This document shows positions 24,988-38,050 of a stretch of 64,000 nucleotides of DNA, piece by piece. The notes beneath the pieces are model-generated. The model searched no databases. It was not told the origin of the DNA and saw only the letters and a list, made by a program, of their open reading frames with translations. Source of the stretch: Schizochytrium sp. TIO01 (lineage: Eukaryota > Protista > Bigyra: Labyrinthulomycetes). The stretch covers positions 2,580,747 through 2,644,746 of the forward strand of contig SMSO01000037.1 of NCBI GenBank assembly GCA_004764695.1, in the 5' to 3' direction. The position numbers and the translations under genes are program-made. The stretch's first letter is position 1, and every line of letters starts with the position of its first letter.

Positions 24988-26470
24988 CTTGCTTCAGCTG
25001 TTTAACTCTTCGCAAACGTTGATAGTCGCACCGTAAGTTGCAAAATCCTCAAGATCTCGTGAGTGTTAGAGGTCTGCTTCGTGCGCTTCCCTCGAGCTTG
25101 TTTGGCGTGTCCAGGTCGTCGCTGTCTTAGGTCTGCTAGATTTCAATCCTTCCCAAGCATGGTAAGGAGATACTAGGTACCTACCTAGGTACTTTCCGTT
25201 CACTATAACCTACTTATTCATGGGCTATAACCTACTTACAAAGGGTTTGCTATACTGTTTATATTCAAACTACTATCAAGTATAGTGCACTTGAGGTCCT
25301 GTCCGATCGACTTGTGTAATCGCTTTCCCTCACATTGCAAGTTAGTCCACCACCATCGCAAAAACCAAACTGTTCAAGTGTCTGGCGTTCGGGGAACATC
25401 AAGATGTTAGGCTCACAGCTGACTTTGTTGATGCAAAGTATAGAAAGCTACTTCCTCGCCAGCCTCAAGCAGCTTCACGATGCCCCTCGAACTCCTTTCT
25501 CGCTCAAAACATGTGTCAATGAAATCAACTCGAAACTTGAAAGAAATCTTTCACCCGAAACTTATTACACTTTTTAGTCCCAGCCGAAAAGAGTGTAACC
25601 TCTTTCGTTTCATGTAACGAAAACATAACTTAAATTCCCCAAATTAAAGGCGGCATGTCAAAGTTGAAAACTGTTGATTAAAAATAGTTAATTTTCAGGA
25701 TGCCGACCAGCTGACCAGCCGATGAAAGTTTTCTTATAAGATACAGTCTTTCCATATAGAATTAATGAAGATGGCCATCTTGCCAATTTAGTCCTTTACA
25801 ACATAAGTTATAAAATGAAGGCTCTAGATTACCCAAGTTTGCACGCCGGTGCGGGGAAGATAAATCTTTGACGCAAACTTTGTGAGAACGCGAGCTCGTG
25901 CTATATTATAGATTCAGTTCCGCAGTAACAAACGAGCTAGCATTTTGGCTAGACTTGACTTCGGAGTAGATTTCCTTTCTTAAGCGAATGACGGCTTAGT
26001 ACGCGCTAAACTTTGTTGCTACAAATCATGTTACTAAGAGGATAGCGGGGCGAATTATCTGTTCGGTTTTATTCGAACCATGAAAAGCAAGGTAGCTTTG
26101 TTTTCAAACTACTAGGCGCTCTCGCTCTTTTTTGTTCACAGCACATATCGTTGGGCTAGGTATATCTTCTGCTTCATTCCATGTTCTGTTCTATTTTTTT
26201 TTTAAAAAAATATCCGTTACACCACAGGTATGGGAGTCTTAGTGGAAGTACATTTTAAAAATAGGAACAACAATGCTTTGTTGCACACCTGCGAATTCAA
26301 TGCTTATGTACAAATTTAGAATAAAGTGAAAACAGCTTGCATGCGCGGATTCCCGAAAATCCTCACCCATGAAGATATATTTTCACAAGGGTTCTCCAAG
26401 AAGTTTGGAATTGTAAACGATGAACAAACTGTGCTCACTGGTATGAGCAAGGGGAGAGACCTGCACGAGA

Positions 26471-27274
26471 ATGGAGGATTTGATCTATCATGCCGTCGCG
26501 ACTGGAAATCTTCCCCAAGTCCTTGATTTAGTTTCGGATCAGGCCAAGTGGAGCTGGTCAACCAAATCAGGACATGAGCAAGAAATAGAGGCCAAGGAAG
26601 ACGGCCGTGTCCTTAGACTCCAGCAGCAAAGGGCCAAGGATATTGTTGACTTGGCGCAGGGCTACGGGCCAAATTTAACAACTCTACTGCATGTCTGTAG
26701 TGCCAAAGGCCATGTTCGCACAGCTAAAGTATTGCTCAGCCTTTTGTACGAAAACACAAATGAAAGTGACCGTCGTAGAATCATTAATAAGCGCGAAGAC
26801 AGTAAAGTCGGAGGCTTCACACCATTGCACTTGGCGTGTATTAGTAAATCTAATGCTGCTCCAGATATTGTTGAGCTATTGCTTGCTTATGGGGCAGACC
26901 CTGACCTTCCAGACCAGAATAGTGGTTTCACTGCTCTTCATCTAGCTGTGCGATCCAATGCAATGGATATTGTTCATCTGCTAGTTTGTGCTGGTGCCGA
27001 CTTGTTGGCTAGAGACCAGTTTGGTAACAACCCCGCGTTTTGGCTAAAAGAGCTTCAGTTCGGCAATGCTCAAACCCAGGAGCTTTTAGGGCCTCCTAAG
27101 TGTGCGTCAATCGAAGAAAAGTTTTTTGCATTCCACCGCAATCGAACCCTTAAGGGTTTGCCAACGAATGCATTACCAGATGCTCACCCTATCAAAGCAC
27201 CTCGTTATAAAGCATACATGAAGACCAAGGCGGGTGGAAAGAAGAAAAAGGGAGGCAAGAAGAAAAAGAAGTAA
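26471..27274 (+). CDS. Ankyrin-repeat protein with Lys-rich tail, 267 aa
   Basis: Ankyrin motifs TLLHVCSAKGH, GFTPLHLAC...LLLAYGAD, GFTALHLAV...LLVCAGAD; ends GGKKKKGGKKKKK. Confidence 0.9.
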   Translation: MEDLIYHAVATGNLPQVLDLVSDQAKWSWSTKSGHEQEIEAKEDGRVLRLQQQRAKDIVDLAQGYGPNLTTLLHVCSAKGHVRTAKVLLSLLYENTNESDRRRIINKREDSKVGGFTPLHLACISKSNAAPDIVELLLAYGADPDLPDQNSGFTALHLAVRSNAMDIVHLLVCAGADLLARDQFGNNPAFWLKELQFGNAQTQELLGPPKCASIEEKFFAFHRNRTLKGLPTNALPDAHPIKAPRYKAYMKTKAGGKKKKGGKKKKK

Positions 27275-28103
27275 TTAACAATAGAAAGCGAAGGCAGTCG
27301 TCAAACTTTATTTGAAACATGACGCATTGTGAGTTTTATTAGGTATATTTGCGATTGTAAACACCTGTTTTGTATTGTTTTGTTTTTAGTTATAAAGCTG
27401 ATCCTGTAGCTACAAGCCTTACCTTGTAAGAACTGTATGGTGCAGTGAGCCGAAAACAGTAAGCAAGGAAAGCAGGTGTGTGTTTACATCAAGATTCGCC
27501 AAGTATAACATGGATATTTTCTTAATCTTCCGATATTTTCGTTTTCAAATGAGATCTTTCTTGGTTGCAAAAGAGGTTTAACTATTTGAGTAGTAGTAAG
27601 GTTAATTGCCGAGTGTGAGGTGCGTGGTGCCCCTGATCGGTGACTGCCTACGTTGGGCAGGAATTTAGATTTGCTCCTATATATTGTATTTTTGTTTGCA
27701 TATGTTGTCCGGATTTATGAACCGCCTTCTTGTGAAATTGAAAAAGAAAAGATGCTACAGGACCACGTCAATAATTTGTTGCTGGGAGCACAACACCAGG
27801 TGTAATCCTGTTCAACATAAATTGGTCCACTAGAGTAAGTTGGAAACACTTTGCCATAAGAAATCAGCAGAAGATTAGGTCGTCAGCCTCAGCAGCATTC
27901 ATGAACACGTGCATACCTTTGATATAAAGAAACACAAATTGCACTGAGGAAAGGAAACATGATCAGAAAGAGACATGAAAAGAGTTTAGGCAGCTTCTTG
28001 GCTTCCAGAACGGAATACTCAAAAGAAACATTGCCATCATTTTCATTACTGCTGCAGCCACGGCACCTTTGCTCTTGGCCATGCAGCAGTGTTAAAGTCA
28101 TTT

Positions 28104-29393
28104 CTAGTTGTTCTTGCTGTTGTTAACATTATTGCTCGCGTCATTATGCAAAGCCTCAGCGTGAAGGCCTGGATTGCTCGTGGCCGTGGAAGGGTCGCTA
28201 CCATCCGTGGACGAAGACTGTTGTGCCGCATTCATATCTTCGTTGAGGATTGCCAAGATGCGATCGTTTTCTGCAAGTGCCGATGGAGGCCACAAAGAGC
28301 GAGGGGGCTGCAACACAAGAAGCTGACGCTCGTATTTGAGTGCAAGCGATTGCAGCTCTGTATACCGCGAGAAATCAAACCCGTTGCGCTCATACAATTT
28401 GTTTGCGCGGCGCTGGGTGAGTAGTGCAGCCAGGGCAGGATATGAATACTCAATTTTGTGATACTGAAAGAAAACGAGACCCATAATTGCCGTGCCAAAG
28501 GTGATAAAGTATGTAATAGGTTCCATGACGTCCCATCCAAAGCGAGAAAAGAATGTTAATTTTGCGATCACTGCCGCCTGGGAAAGTAGATACATTAGAC
28601 AGACGGTTAGCACTCGCCTCGTGTGCCGGGCTGCCTGGGAATCGAGGGGCCTTTTTTCTTTTTCCATGGAGGCGAGTTCCACCAAAGTATCGTGTAGACG
28701 CTCCTGCTTGTGCTCAATGACATCGGCGGTACGACCCTCTGGCTGCAGTGAGAGGCGATATCGCATGCCATTCACGGACACGTGGAGACCCTCGTTTTCG
28801 TCCGCCATCCTTGTAAACTGCTGAATGGACATCGGGATCTCAATGCTTAGTGCACTTGGCTCCTTGAATGAGAGCCCTGCCTCGACGAGGGCCTTTTTTC
28901 GAAGGAACTCCTCCCATTCCGCATTACTAACTCTGCCGTCTCCATCAAGATCTGCCAGCAGGAATTCCTGATAGTCCAACTGAGATCTGTTCTTGAACTG
29001 CGCGAATCTCTTAGCGAAAAGGTCGTGCTCATCCTTGTCCGTCTTCTCAATCGTCTCCAAAAGCCTCATCACCCGAAGCTTGGAGTCCAAACTCAGCGTC
29101 TTTGGTCTCCCGTGAGCGTCTTTGCCTCGCATATACCCGCCCTGAATTGTTTCGTGCACAGGCATCGCACGGTCGTACCGGGACCTTTGCGAATCCAAAG
29201 GAAGAAATGTGCCCTTTGCAGAACCATTCTTGCTGCCGTCTTTGGCGAGGTTTTGGTCCGCTCCGTCGCCGTTTTTGGCGCTTGCGAGGCCGCGCACGAA
29301 GGCACTCTTTGGACCCTCACGCAGGGCAGCCGCCGCTCGAAGCGGTTTGCAGCCGACGCCAGGGCCCAGGAGGCGGGACCACGCCGCTAGCAT
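28104..29393 (-). CDS. MCU: Mitochondrial calcium uniporter pore subunit with an N-terminal EF-hand, 429 aa
   Basis: Basic amphipathic N-terminal presequence; coiled coil; TM1-WDVMEPITY-TM2 selectivity motif (28518-28535); canonical EF loop DLDGDGRVSNAE (28917-28952). Confidence 0.92.
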   Translation of the reverse strand: MLAAWSRLLGPGVGCKPLRAAAALREGPKSAFVRGLASAKNGDGADQNLAKDGSKNGSAKGTFLPLDSQRSRYDRAMPVHETIQGGYMRGKDAHGRPKTLSLDSKLRVMRLLETIEKTDKDEHDLFAKRFAQFKNRSQLDYQEFLLADLDGDGRVSNAEWEEFLRKKALVEAGLSFKEPSALSIEIPMSIQQFTRMADENEGLHVSVNGMRYRLSLQPEGRTADVIEHKQERLHDTLVELASMEKEKRPLDSQAARHTRRVLTVCLMYLLSQAAVIAKLTFFSRFGWDVMEPITYFITFGTAIMGLVFFQYHKIEYSYPALAALLTQRRANKLYERNGFDFSRYTELQSLALKYERQLLVLQPPRSLWPPSALAENDRILAILNEDMNAAQQSSSTDGSDPSTATSNPGLHAEALHNDASNNVNNSKNN

Positions 29394-31403
29394 CTTCGCA
29401 GAATCACCAGACGCTCGCGATATGGTTACCGCCGGTTTCGATCGGCGATGGTTTTGGTTTCTGCTTGTACGCTTGTTTGTTTGTCTATTCTGTCTTGACT
29501 TCCTCTTCAGTTTCTTTATTTCCTTATTTCTTTCCCTCTTTCTCTTTGCTTTGTCTGTTGCTGCTTCTTTAGTATTATCTAGTGTTGCTGTCGCATGTAA
29601 AAAGGAGGTGCATTCTTAACACATAATACAACGCTGCTGCGACGGAAATTCATGGGAAAGGCAAGACCATAATACCATACTTCTCGCTAGCTTGTCTTAA
29701 TTTAAAGTGCATGCGGATTGCTTTGAGTCCGTGAGTCTGTGAACCCTGCTGTTCACAGCAGTTTCTAATTTTTATTCTTTTCTGATTTGAGCATGGAGCA
29801 GCCAGAGGTTGGTATCCTGCCAATGGAGCTATTATAATGTAGTTGTGCTGCCATTTGCTCTACTGTGGAGACGCTTTGACCTACTTATACATTGAGGGAT
29901 ACTATATAGATTAAGCGTGCTTCTGAAGGATTAGTTTTTAAAATAAACAAAGGTTACACAGAGAGATCGGCTTGAGAAAGTTGAAAACTATGATACGAAA
30001 GTACAGAAGGACATGTGGAAACCGTGGACCGTGGAGAAGACCGGGGCACGCCTTAGCAAGAGCGCTCACTTCATCTATCCTCTAGATTTATTCTGCCACA
30101 CATCAACATAACATTAAATTGATCACTTTTTTTTGCTGGTAAAGTAAAGTAATTTAGCGAAGGAGGCCTCTGAGTCCTAAGGTAAAAGCTACAACTAAGG
30201 CGCTTCGCTTTCTTGGAGCTCGGAGAAATCAGGGCACAGAAGAGCAGCTTCGTCGAGCGAATTAGTCCCAACGTGCACACATCACATTTCTAAACTAAGA
30301 GGACTCCGCGTAATATATTCGTAGTTCGCGGGCCCGAAAGGCATGTTCGATGCGAGTTGCAATGGCGACGTCATGAATAATCGATGTGTATCTTAGTGCG
30401 TATGTGTAAAAGGTCCTAAGCACCCCTATTGGTATCCGTAGATCCCCAGTTGATGACGAACATTTGCTCAGCAAACTAGGTAGGTCATTCACTTAGCAGG
30501 TAGTTAGCTGCTTGTGTTCACTGGACTCCTCCATGAGAAGTACAACTTTTCTAAGATGAGCCACGCTGCTGCCTGCTTCATTGGAGAAATTAAGGGTTTT
30601 AGCACAGAACAAAGCAATAATGCGCATGCCTAGCGTCGGCATTTTCGAGATCCTGAAAAACAAGTAACTGGAGCGCAGGAAAATAGATGATTTCAGAGTT
30701 GTGGTTATAGTGAATATAAAGGATAGCTTCGTAGAGCGCCTCTCCCTGCATAAGACAAAACCTCACAGACATGAGACAACACATCCCATTGCACGCTAAA
30801 TCTATTGTGGTGCAATTTATGCATGCTATGGGATTTGCCTGTCATTGCCCCCCATGAAAGTTAATCCATGTGCAAGAATATTATTTCTATAGCAAATAAT
30901 TAGCAACTTAATTCGCCTTTTTGGAAACAAATGTCCTTGCGGTATTCGCAAATGTATTTGCATTGCAGGCTGGAAAGTAGAAGCCAGCAAATTCGACATC
31001 ATTATGTACGCCTACCCCTTGTCAAGAACATGATTTCTATAGTAAACAGTTGTGCAACTCGTTGGGTGTTTTTGAAACAACGCGTTCCCTCGAAATTCTC
31101 AATTGTATTCACATTGCGGACCGGAGTGTAGAATCAAGCAAAGACGGCATCATTATCGAAAGGTGCCGATTGAATGTATGGGTGCCTTACGACAAAGGAA
31201 TTCATCAAAGAGAAAATCTTGAAAATAGAAGGCGGATTTTAAATTACTTATAGATTTCTTTCTTCTGGGTTACGATGATTATGTTTTCGAAGATACCTTT
31301 CCCATATTGGAATTATCCAAATGCGGAGAGAAGTAAGCGACCCGCTTGGAACGAACACATACATAATTACGTTATTAAGTAACGTCAAGGCTCAATTGTT
31401 TGT

Positions 31404-32003
31404 TTACTCAGCCCGCTTCCGTGCGCCCTCCTCGTCACCAAGATACTGAATCTTGACGTTGAGAAGAGAGAGCTCCTCAATAATAAGCATCATGACCACC
31501 GGAACTGTGGGTTTTCCAGTGACAAGAACAGTGCCAAGAATGAGTCCCCAAAGAATAAACATGACCTTGAGTCGCATGTTAAGCTTGGGCAAGAGCGTGA
31601 ACGCGAGAAGCGCTGCACAGATAACAGCACCAAATTCGTAGGCCTCTGCAAGTCCGCTATCCTGCAAGAAAATGACAGCCAAAGTGCTTCCCAGTGCCGT
31701 GGTTGTGAGGCCGAGCTCTGCAAAGACAATTTCATTGCGTGTCCAAAGAGATAGCGCGTAAAGGAATTGCTGCGGCAAGAAGACCAAAAGCAAGTGCATC
31801 TGGTCCTGGGGGCCAGCCTCAGGATGGAAACCCATGGCAGCAGCCACAGAGGCGAGAGCAGTCCATCCAGAAGCGATTCCGATGCTCAACTGGTGTGGCA
31901 TCAAAAGGTGCGCTTTGCCAGCTTTGCGAAGACGCACAAAGCTTACCATGGTCAAAGCGACCAAGATGGCGCCAAACGGGATCGATTCCATCGTGTCGAA
32001 CAT
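31404..32003 (-). CDS. Hypothetical multi-pass membrane protein, 199 aa
   Basis: ATG-initiated ORF with about 6 hydrophobic segments and coding-like composition; no family recognised. Confidence 0.7.
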   Translation of the reverse strand: MFDTMESIPFGAILVALTMVSFVRLRKAGKAHLLMPHQLSIGIASGWTALASVAAAMGFHPEAGPQDQMHLLLVFLPQQFLYALSLWTRNEIVFAELGLTTTALGSTLAVIFLQDSGLAEAYEFGAVICAALLAFTLLPKLNMRLKVMFILWGLILGTVLVTGKPTVPVVMMLIIEELSLLNVKIQYLGDEEGARKRAE

Positions 32004-34851
32004 CCTCTAAGCCAGATATACGCGGCACAGGCACCACCGAGGTTGTTGTCAAATGTAGACTGCGTTAGGTGGGAATCGTCCCTTCCGTGAGTTTGCGAAG
32101 CAGGGGCAAGCTTGTGCCGGTTTTTGTTTGGGAAATGGGAAATGAAACATCACTCGCTAATCCTATTTAGATATTTTTTTTTTACACCGTGCCTACCTAC
32201 TACTATCAATAATAGGTAGATACAAAATAACAAGGCGACCCCTGTACAGGTCGCAATGATTGTTAGTATGAAGAATATGCAGCAGCTTTATGCGCGTCTA
32301 TCTATCACTGCTCCTGGGGAGTACTCTTAATAACAGTATCTTAAAAGGCAATAATCAAAGCTTAGACAGGCAAATTATAAAAACAATAACCTATAAAGTG
32401 AATCGTTTGGAGGCACAATTTTGGAAATACATCTAAATTCACCGTCTAGAAAACTAGCAAATGGGTTTAAGATCTTGCAGTGTGATTAATTGATTGAGAT
32501 ACAGCAACACGCTAGAATCTAAAATCTAAAATGCAAATGATCTAATTTTACTGGAAAACTTTTGCTTATCTAACTTTTTAACAGATACTTAGTCAATTCT
32601 CGCACATTTCAAATTTTGCTCGGTAAGATTCCTTTTCCAGGCATCTTTGGGATTCCGGGTCTGTTCGGAGCTCCTAAAAGTCGCAAATTTGACACACATT
32701 CAAAGACCTCTGTGAGGCGAATTTCATCGGGAAGATTGTGAGAAAATTGGTTCCGAGCAGAATTCATTGTTGTAAGTCATTCCTGAAATTAGCGAATGGT
32801 CAAAATAAACTCGAGAATGCGAATTTGGTCTGCGTAGGTGAAGTGTCTTTTCCTTCGTAATCTTTATTCAATCTCGAACCCATCTGCACCCTTTTAGGCG
32901 CGCAAAAGTATTTTACTAGGCATGCGACAGACACATTCGACAGTATTCTTTTAGAAACCTTGTTGTTTGAAGTAAATACCCGCTCTAAAACTATTATCTT
33001 CATCAGTGCATACAACTATCAAGTCTCAAATTAAACTTCTCAAGAGTTTCCCCTGTCGTTCAAACCATCAGGTGAGATTTCTCCAAGAGAAGATTTATGA
33101 CCTTTCGATGCCCAGTTACTGTCTTCATGCTGTGCTCTAAGCCTCTTCATCCCATATTAAGGGCGGGTGCCACTACTCTATATACCGGACCGGTGGTACC
33201 ACTAGCGTGTCTTTTGACGACATGATTTCCTGCCACATTTGTTCTTCATATCACTTTCCTGAAAAATCCTATATTCCCTAAAACATTATTCTTAATGAAA
33301 GAGAAAGTATCAATCAAACCTTTGTCGAATCTCACCTACAGCGAACACACTAGATTCAGTCAGAACCACTACTTTTAAAGAAAGAAATGATAAACAAACA
33401 CGAAAGACTCAAAGTTGAGCAAACAATAATTAAAATCCGGGAGGGGGCATGCAGCGCCTCCGTGCCTTTGCACCATCGTCCCCGTCCACGCGCTTTTCGC
33501 CTTCCACGTGACCGTTCGTTTTGCACTAGATTCGCTGGAATCTTCCTTTTTTAAAGTACGCCTGGCTGGGCCCAGAGAAGATTCTGCTCGCCCCATAAAC
33601 TAGCTGCTATTTATAGGTCCGAGGGGTACGTGGCAATATTGTTATCCTTGGGCAGAGACATCGATAAGGTACCTATGAATCATCAAGGCGGCTGGCATCT
33701 TCTGATAGAAAGAAAGCAAGCCTGAGCATAATAATCATTTCTTCTGCTAGGGAGCTAGTTAGTTTCCCTTGGCTTGTCAGGTACAGAAAAGCCATACAAA
33801 CTGCGGTTGCTGTAGCAGACCATCTACCTGATGAAGGCGTCGCATACAGCGACAGGAAAAGATAATTTGACCTCTTTCAGGTGCAGTGTAGCAATTGTGA
33901 AGATTCCTGGGTGGTCTGTGCGAATAAAACACGCTGATCCGCCGACTTAAACTTTGCCACAAAAGCCATAGGTACGGTACTGTCGCGTTTCTCTATATGG
34001 CCGGCAGGTGGACAATGGTTCGATCCTTCGTGTAGCAAGGAGGATCTTGGTTAGGTAATTCCAATGAAAGGCAATTCGAAAGCAACGCCTCACTCCTTCG
34101 TCTACAGCCCGAGTGCCAAACTGATGGAACCTGGAGGCCTCGAATCTAAGCAGACAGGAAGGCAGCCTAATCCCGCCCAGTCCACTGGCAAGACTGCAAT
34201 TGAAACCAGTTGTACTTCCAAGCTGCCTTTCAAGCAGTAGTTGAAGTTACCGTGGCGCCGTTACGAGTGTTTTGTAATGCCTTTTCCATAGAAATGAAAA
34301 AAATTAAAGGGTTTCTTTCAATTACTCTTCAAATGGAATACATGTATCGCCGATCAATCCAAATACGCTCACTCTGCGAAGGTAATTAGTTCCTTTATCA
34401 ATGGTAGACTGGCTATTTCCAGCCTATACGGCACAGCGTGTAGGCAGGTAGGTACATACTACCTCATTTACTAACTAGACATCGCCTTTAATTTTAAATA
34501 ACAATAAAGATCGGAGAATCTTGTTGATGATGAACGACGCCGTCTCGAGCGGTTTGGCCCGTCTCGGGAGCGCATCTTGGCTTTGTCCCCTTATGTACAA
34601 TATACCCCCCGACGTCACTGTATAAATTAGTATACTTGCCTCGCTGGAGGGACCCACGGGGGGCATATAAGACCTCCAACTAGATGCGAAGGCAGTGCTA
34701 AGTTTGTAGTTAGAACGACGGCGGATCTCAATCCGTGGACTGTGGGCCTCTAGTATTTTCGCGGTCCCCACACGAGGTTGGCATCCGCTTTGAGGTCGCA
34801 GGTTTGGTTTATTTGAGTTATGAATTTCTCGCCGTGAATGCCAAAGCAGCA

Positions 34852-34901
34852 TGAATGAGTGAGTGAATGAATGAATGAATGAATGAATGAATGAATGAAT
34901 G
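34852..34901. repeat. (GAAT/GAGT)n microsatellite
   Basis: Directly visible. Confidence 0.9.
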
Positions 34902-35419
34902 CAAAGGTTGCAGAGTGTCAGTCTCTCCGTTGTGAAGACGTATTCTCTCCCACGTTCACGGGGATATCATGCTGCAGTCTTTCGGTTGGGGGCTATACTG
35001 GAGAAGATTCGTCAAACATTCGAGCAATTGGGAACAGTGTGAGAAATGTCTTTAATGCATCTAGATGCAGTGCATTATTTTTGCAATCAGTTAATCTTAA
35101 AATCGGATTCAGAGCTTAGGTAGCACAGTAAGCTACGAGTGCTAGGTTCTAGGGGGAGGGTATACATACATCTATGCGTCTTATGAGATATACGAAATAG
35201 CATCTTTGAGGCTTTCAAAGGACCTCAGCAATCCGACATTTTCCACCCATAGTCGTATTCCCACGCCTTGAGTTGCTGTAGACCGTTTTCACTCAAGAGC
35301 TCGCAAGGCCACGGGAAGCCTTGCTTACTCCAAAGAAGCTTGGGAGGACATTTAACGCTGCACTGCAGCCGAGACTGCTGAGAAAGACATTGCGTACGTA
35401 GGCAACTATATCAAGGAGA

Positions 35420-35938
35420 ATGGACTATGCTAGTTTTGCAGTGCTGCTCTCATTGGAGCGCCTCGCCTATGGCGTCGTGTGGAAGAAGCCGCAGACCGTT
35501 GCCAAGGCGGCCCAAATGGTGGGCATGAAGCAAAAGGAGCCTGAGCTGATCTTTAACTTCGTGCGTGCCTTCAAACTTGTACAAATGTACGTCTTTAGCA
35601 CATGGTATTACACACATTACGGTACCACGCTGCCGTCTCTAAGCTGGTTGCAATTTCTCATCGGAGTACCAGTCCTCATCTTTGGTCAAATTCTCAATGC
35701 CATGGTGTGGTACCGTATCGGCATTGATGGTGTTTGCTACGGATCCTGCTTTGGACGCAATATTCCTTGGTGCACCAAATTTCCCTACAGCCATTTCTCG
35801 CACCCTCAGTACCTAGGCGCTATCCTTACTGTGTGGGGTATGTTTGTGTTTAGCTGGAATGACTGCCCGGATTGGTTTTACTTGCCTATTATTGAGACGC
35901 TTCTCTACGCCTCATCAATGTATTACTGGGAGGCATAA
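35420..35938 (+). CDS. Phospholipid N-methyltransferase (PEMT/PLMT family), 172 aa
   Basis: GQILNAMVWYRIGIDGVCYGSCFGRNIPWCTKFPYSHFSHPQYLGAIL matches the PLMT/Opi3-type signature (GQxLN...G..YG..FG...PW...FPF....PQY.G); multi-TM. Confidence 0.88.
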   Translation: MDYASFAVLLSLERLAYGVVWKKPQTVAKAAQMVGMKQKEPELIFNFVRAFKLVQMYVFSTWYYTHYGTTLPSLSWLQFLIGVPVLIFGQILNAMVWYRIGIDGVCYGSCFGRNIPWCTKFPYSHFSHPQYLGAILTVWGMFVFSWNDCPDWFYLPIIETLLYASSMYYWEA

Positions 35939-36383
35939 AAGTAGAATACAAGATTTGCCTCCGGCTCAAGCTCAGCAGTGCAGATCACTGCGTATGCGCA
36001 CAGGATACTATTCGCTCTCTACTCTTATGACATCCCATTCGCTGTGTAATAGCTTTGGCCATTCTTCATGTACCTCCTTCCTTCATACGAGGTTGGAAAT
36101 ATGACAAGGGTGCATCCTGATAGTGCCATGAATTTCTGCTCTTTACTGATTACCTTGTTAGTGTATTCTTCTAGATTTGGTTTTGTCGCCCCAAACTCCA
36201 CCTTCTCTAGTTTATAGCAGCATTGGCAGCAACTTTCACAACATTTATTGGTGCACTCTCTGCAATTATTCGTTCAAAATTCTTCCTTTTACATGTTAAA
36301 CCTATGAACAAACCAAAATTTTCAATTTCAACATCATATCAATGATCAGTACAAGCAACCACATAGTCTTTAGAATCCGCTTG

Positions 36384-38050
36384 CTATGAGTTCACAATCC
36401 AGTGAGTCGCTGATGCTAGGGCAGCCTCATCCACTCGGAGATGGTCATGCATGGGACCCTTGTGAGTCGCATGCGGAGGCATCTTTGCAATCATAATGTC
36501 ATAAGGCACCGCTGCATTGAATGAATCAGAGCGCCAGTTTACTGGATCTTCCCGCAGCAAGCTACACATGTAAACAAATGGTGAACAGCAGTGTCGTAAA
36601 GAAATGTTTGTCCACGAAATTTGTTGAATGTCAACTACATGATAGATTGTATGGCGCTTGAGGCGAGGGCATGAGCCGCCGAAGAGACCCCCCCAATAAG
36701 TGAAGTTTCATAAGTTTCAATTAATAAACGTGGTAATGCTTCTCGAACAAGGTGGATATTCTCTGTCATGCGTTGCGACGGAGATATGCCATCTAATGGT
36801 CCATAGTCTTTGGTTCCCCGAGTGAAAAAAGGATCAATGAGGGTGAGGCGCTGGGGATACCAAAGGGACTCTCCTTGTGTACCAAAAAAGTGCGTTTGGC
36901 TCAACAATAGCCTTCGGCAGAATTCTAAAGTCAGCTGCGCACCAAGGGAGTGTCCGATAATATGGACAGGTCCATATGTTGTTGAGGCAGATACGCTGAA
37001 ATGCTCAAGGTAGGTTTTAACTAGCATATCACTTACACAATGGTCTTCCTGAAAAATTCCGGAACTTTCAACAAAAATAGTGCTTCCATCCGGGTTACGG
37101 CGCCGCCAACGTAGCCCCACACCATCATGAGTATTGAAGATTTTTCGTTCCGCTTCAGCGACGGTAGGCTCATCCGCTAATTGGTTCCAATAAAAGATGC
37201 CTATGTTATAACCTTTGGCTACCCATAAATCGACAACTTCTGTGTCTTGCATGGGCGATTTAGTTCCAGGTGGATTGACAAAGTTCAGTGTTTCACGAAA
37301 TCCTCGCAACGTCGTTCCTGGTTGCCAGCCGTGGACGTAGATAATACTTGGCTTTGTAGCGTCAAAGTACTCACTCTTAGGACCAGGGCTGCATTTCCGC
37401 CCAATACCAAACCAATACAAACGAACATCAGGATGCCAAGGATATACCCATGACTTTGCAACTGTCTCAACAAAGTTTTCCTGAGTCAATGAATGCGAGC
37501 AGTCTTCTCCATGTCTTGTAAGAAACTCCTGAAGTGTTAGCGATTCAATATCAGGTATGACATGCAATGTTTCGTGCAGAGCGTCAGGAATCCATCCAAC
37601 CGCATTTCGAGCGATACATGGGATTTTCATCAATGCTCTTCCAACCAGAACAGCTATTCCCACAATAAAAATAAGCGGCATACCGAGGATGCAGGCTCCA
37701 GCACCTACGAACCATGGAGGTTGGTGGCGATGAAACGCTTTGTGTAAAAACCCTCGTTCCGTATGCATCTCAGTCATAACTTTGAGAACACCTTTTCGCG
37801 CGCTTTGTAGGAGTTGTATCCTTGTGACAGCATCTTCTTCCTGTTTCATTGATAGTTCTTTTCGCTCCAGCTCGGCAGCATCTGAATTCGTTCTGGATTC
37901 TTTCGCTTGAGTTTGCTGGAGATCTCGCTCAAGTTGTTCCCAATCTTGAGGACCTTGCTCTGGTGTCGCACATTTACTACTAAGATCTGCTTCTTTCTTT
38001 GCTTTTGTGCCGTCTCCTTTGCGAGATGTGGATGTTTCCTCTGCGCGCAT
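36384..38050 (-). CDS. Membrane-anchored alpha/beta-hydrolase (GHSLG nucleophile elbow); one apparent -1 nt indel at 36688-36694
   Basis: TM GAGACILGMPLIFIVGIAVLV; IIYVHGWQ oxyanion motif; HIIGHSLGAQ; RLTLIDP. Adding one G to the G7 run joins ORF 36635..38050 to the frame of ORF 36384..36569 (…LIGGGLFGGSCPRLKRHTIYHVVD…SLRHCC…), which supplies a candidate catalytic His. Confidence 0.8.

Noticed and set aside
33995-34050. GGTTCGATCC as a tRNA T-arm
   Set aside because: No acceptor, D or anticodon stems could be formed.
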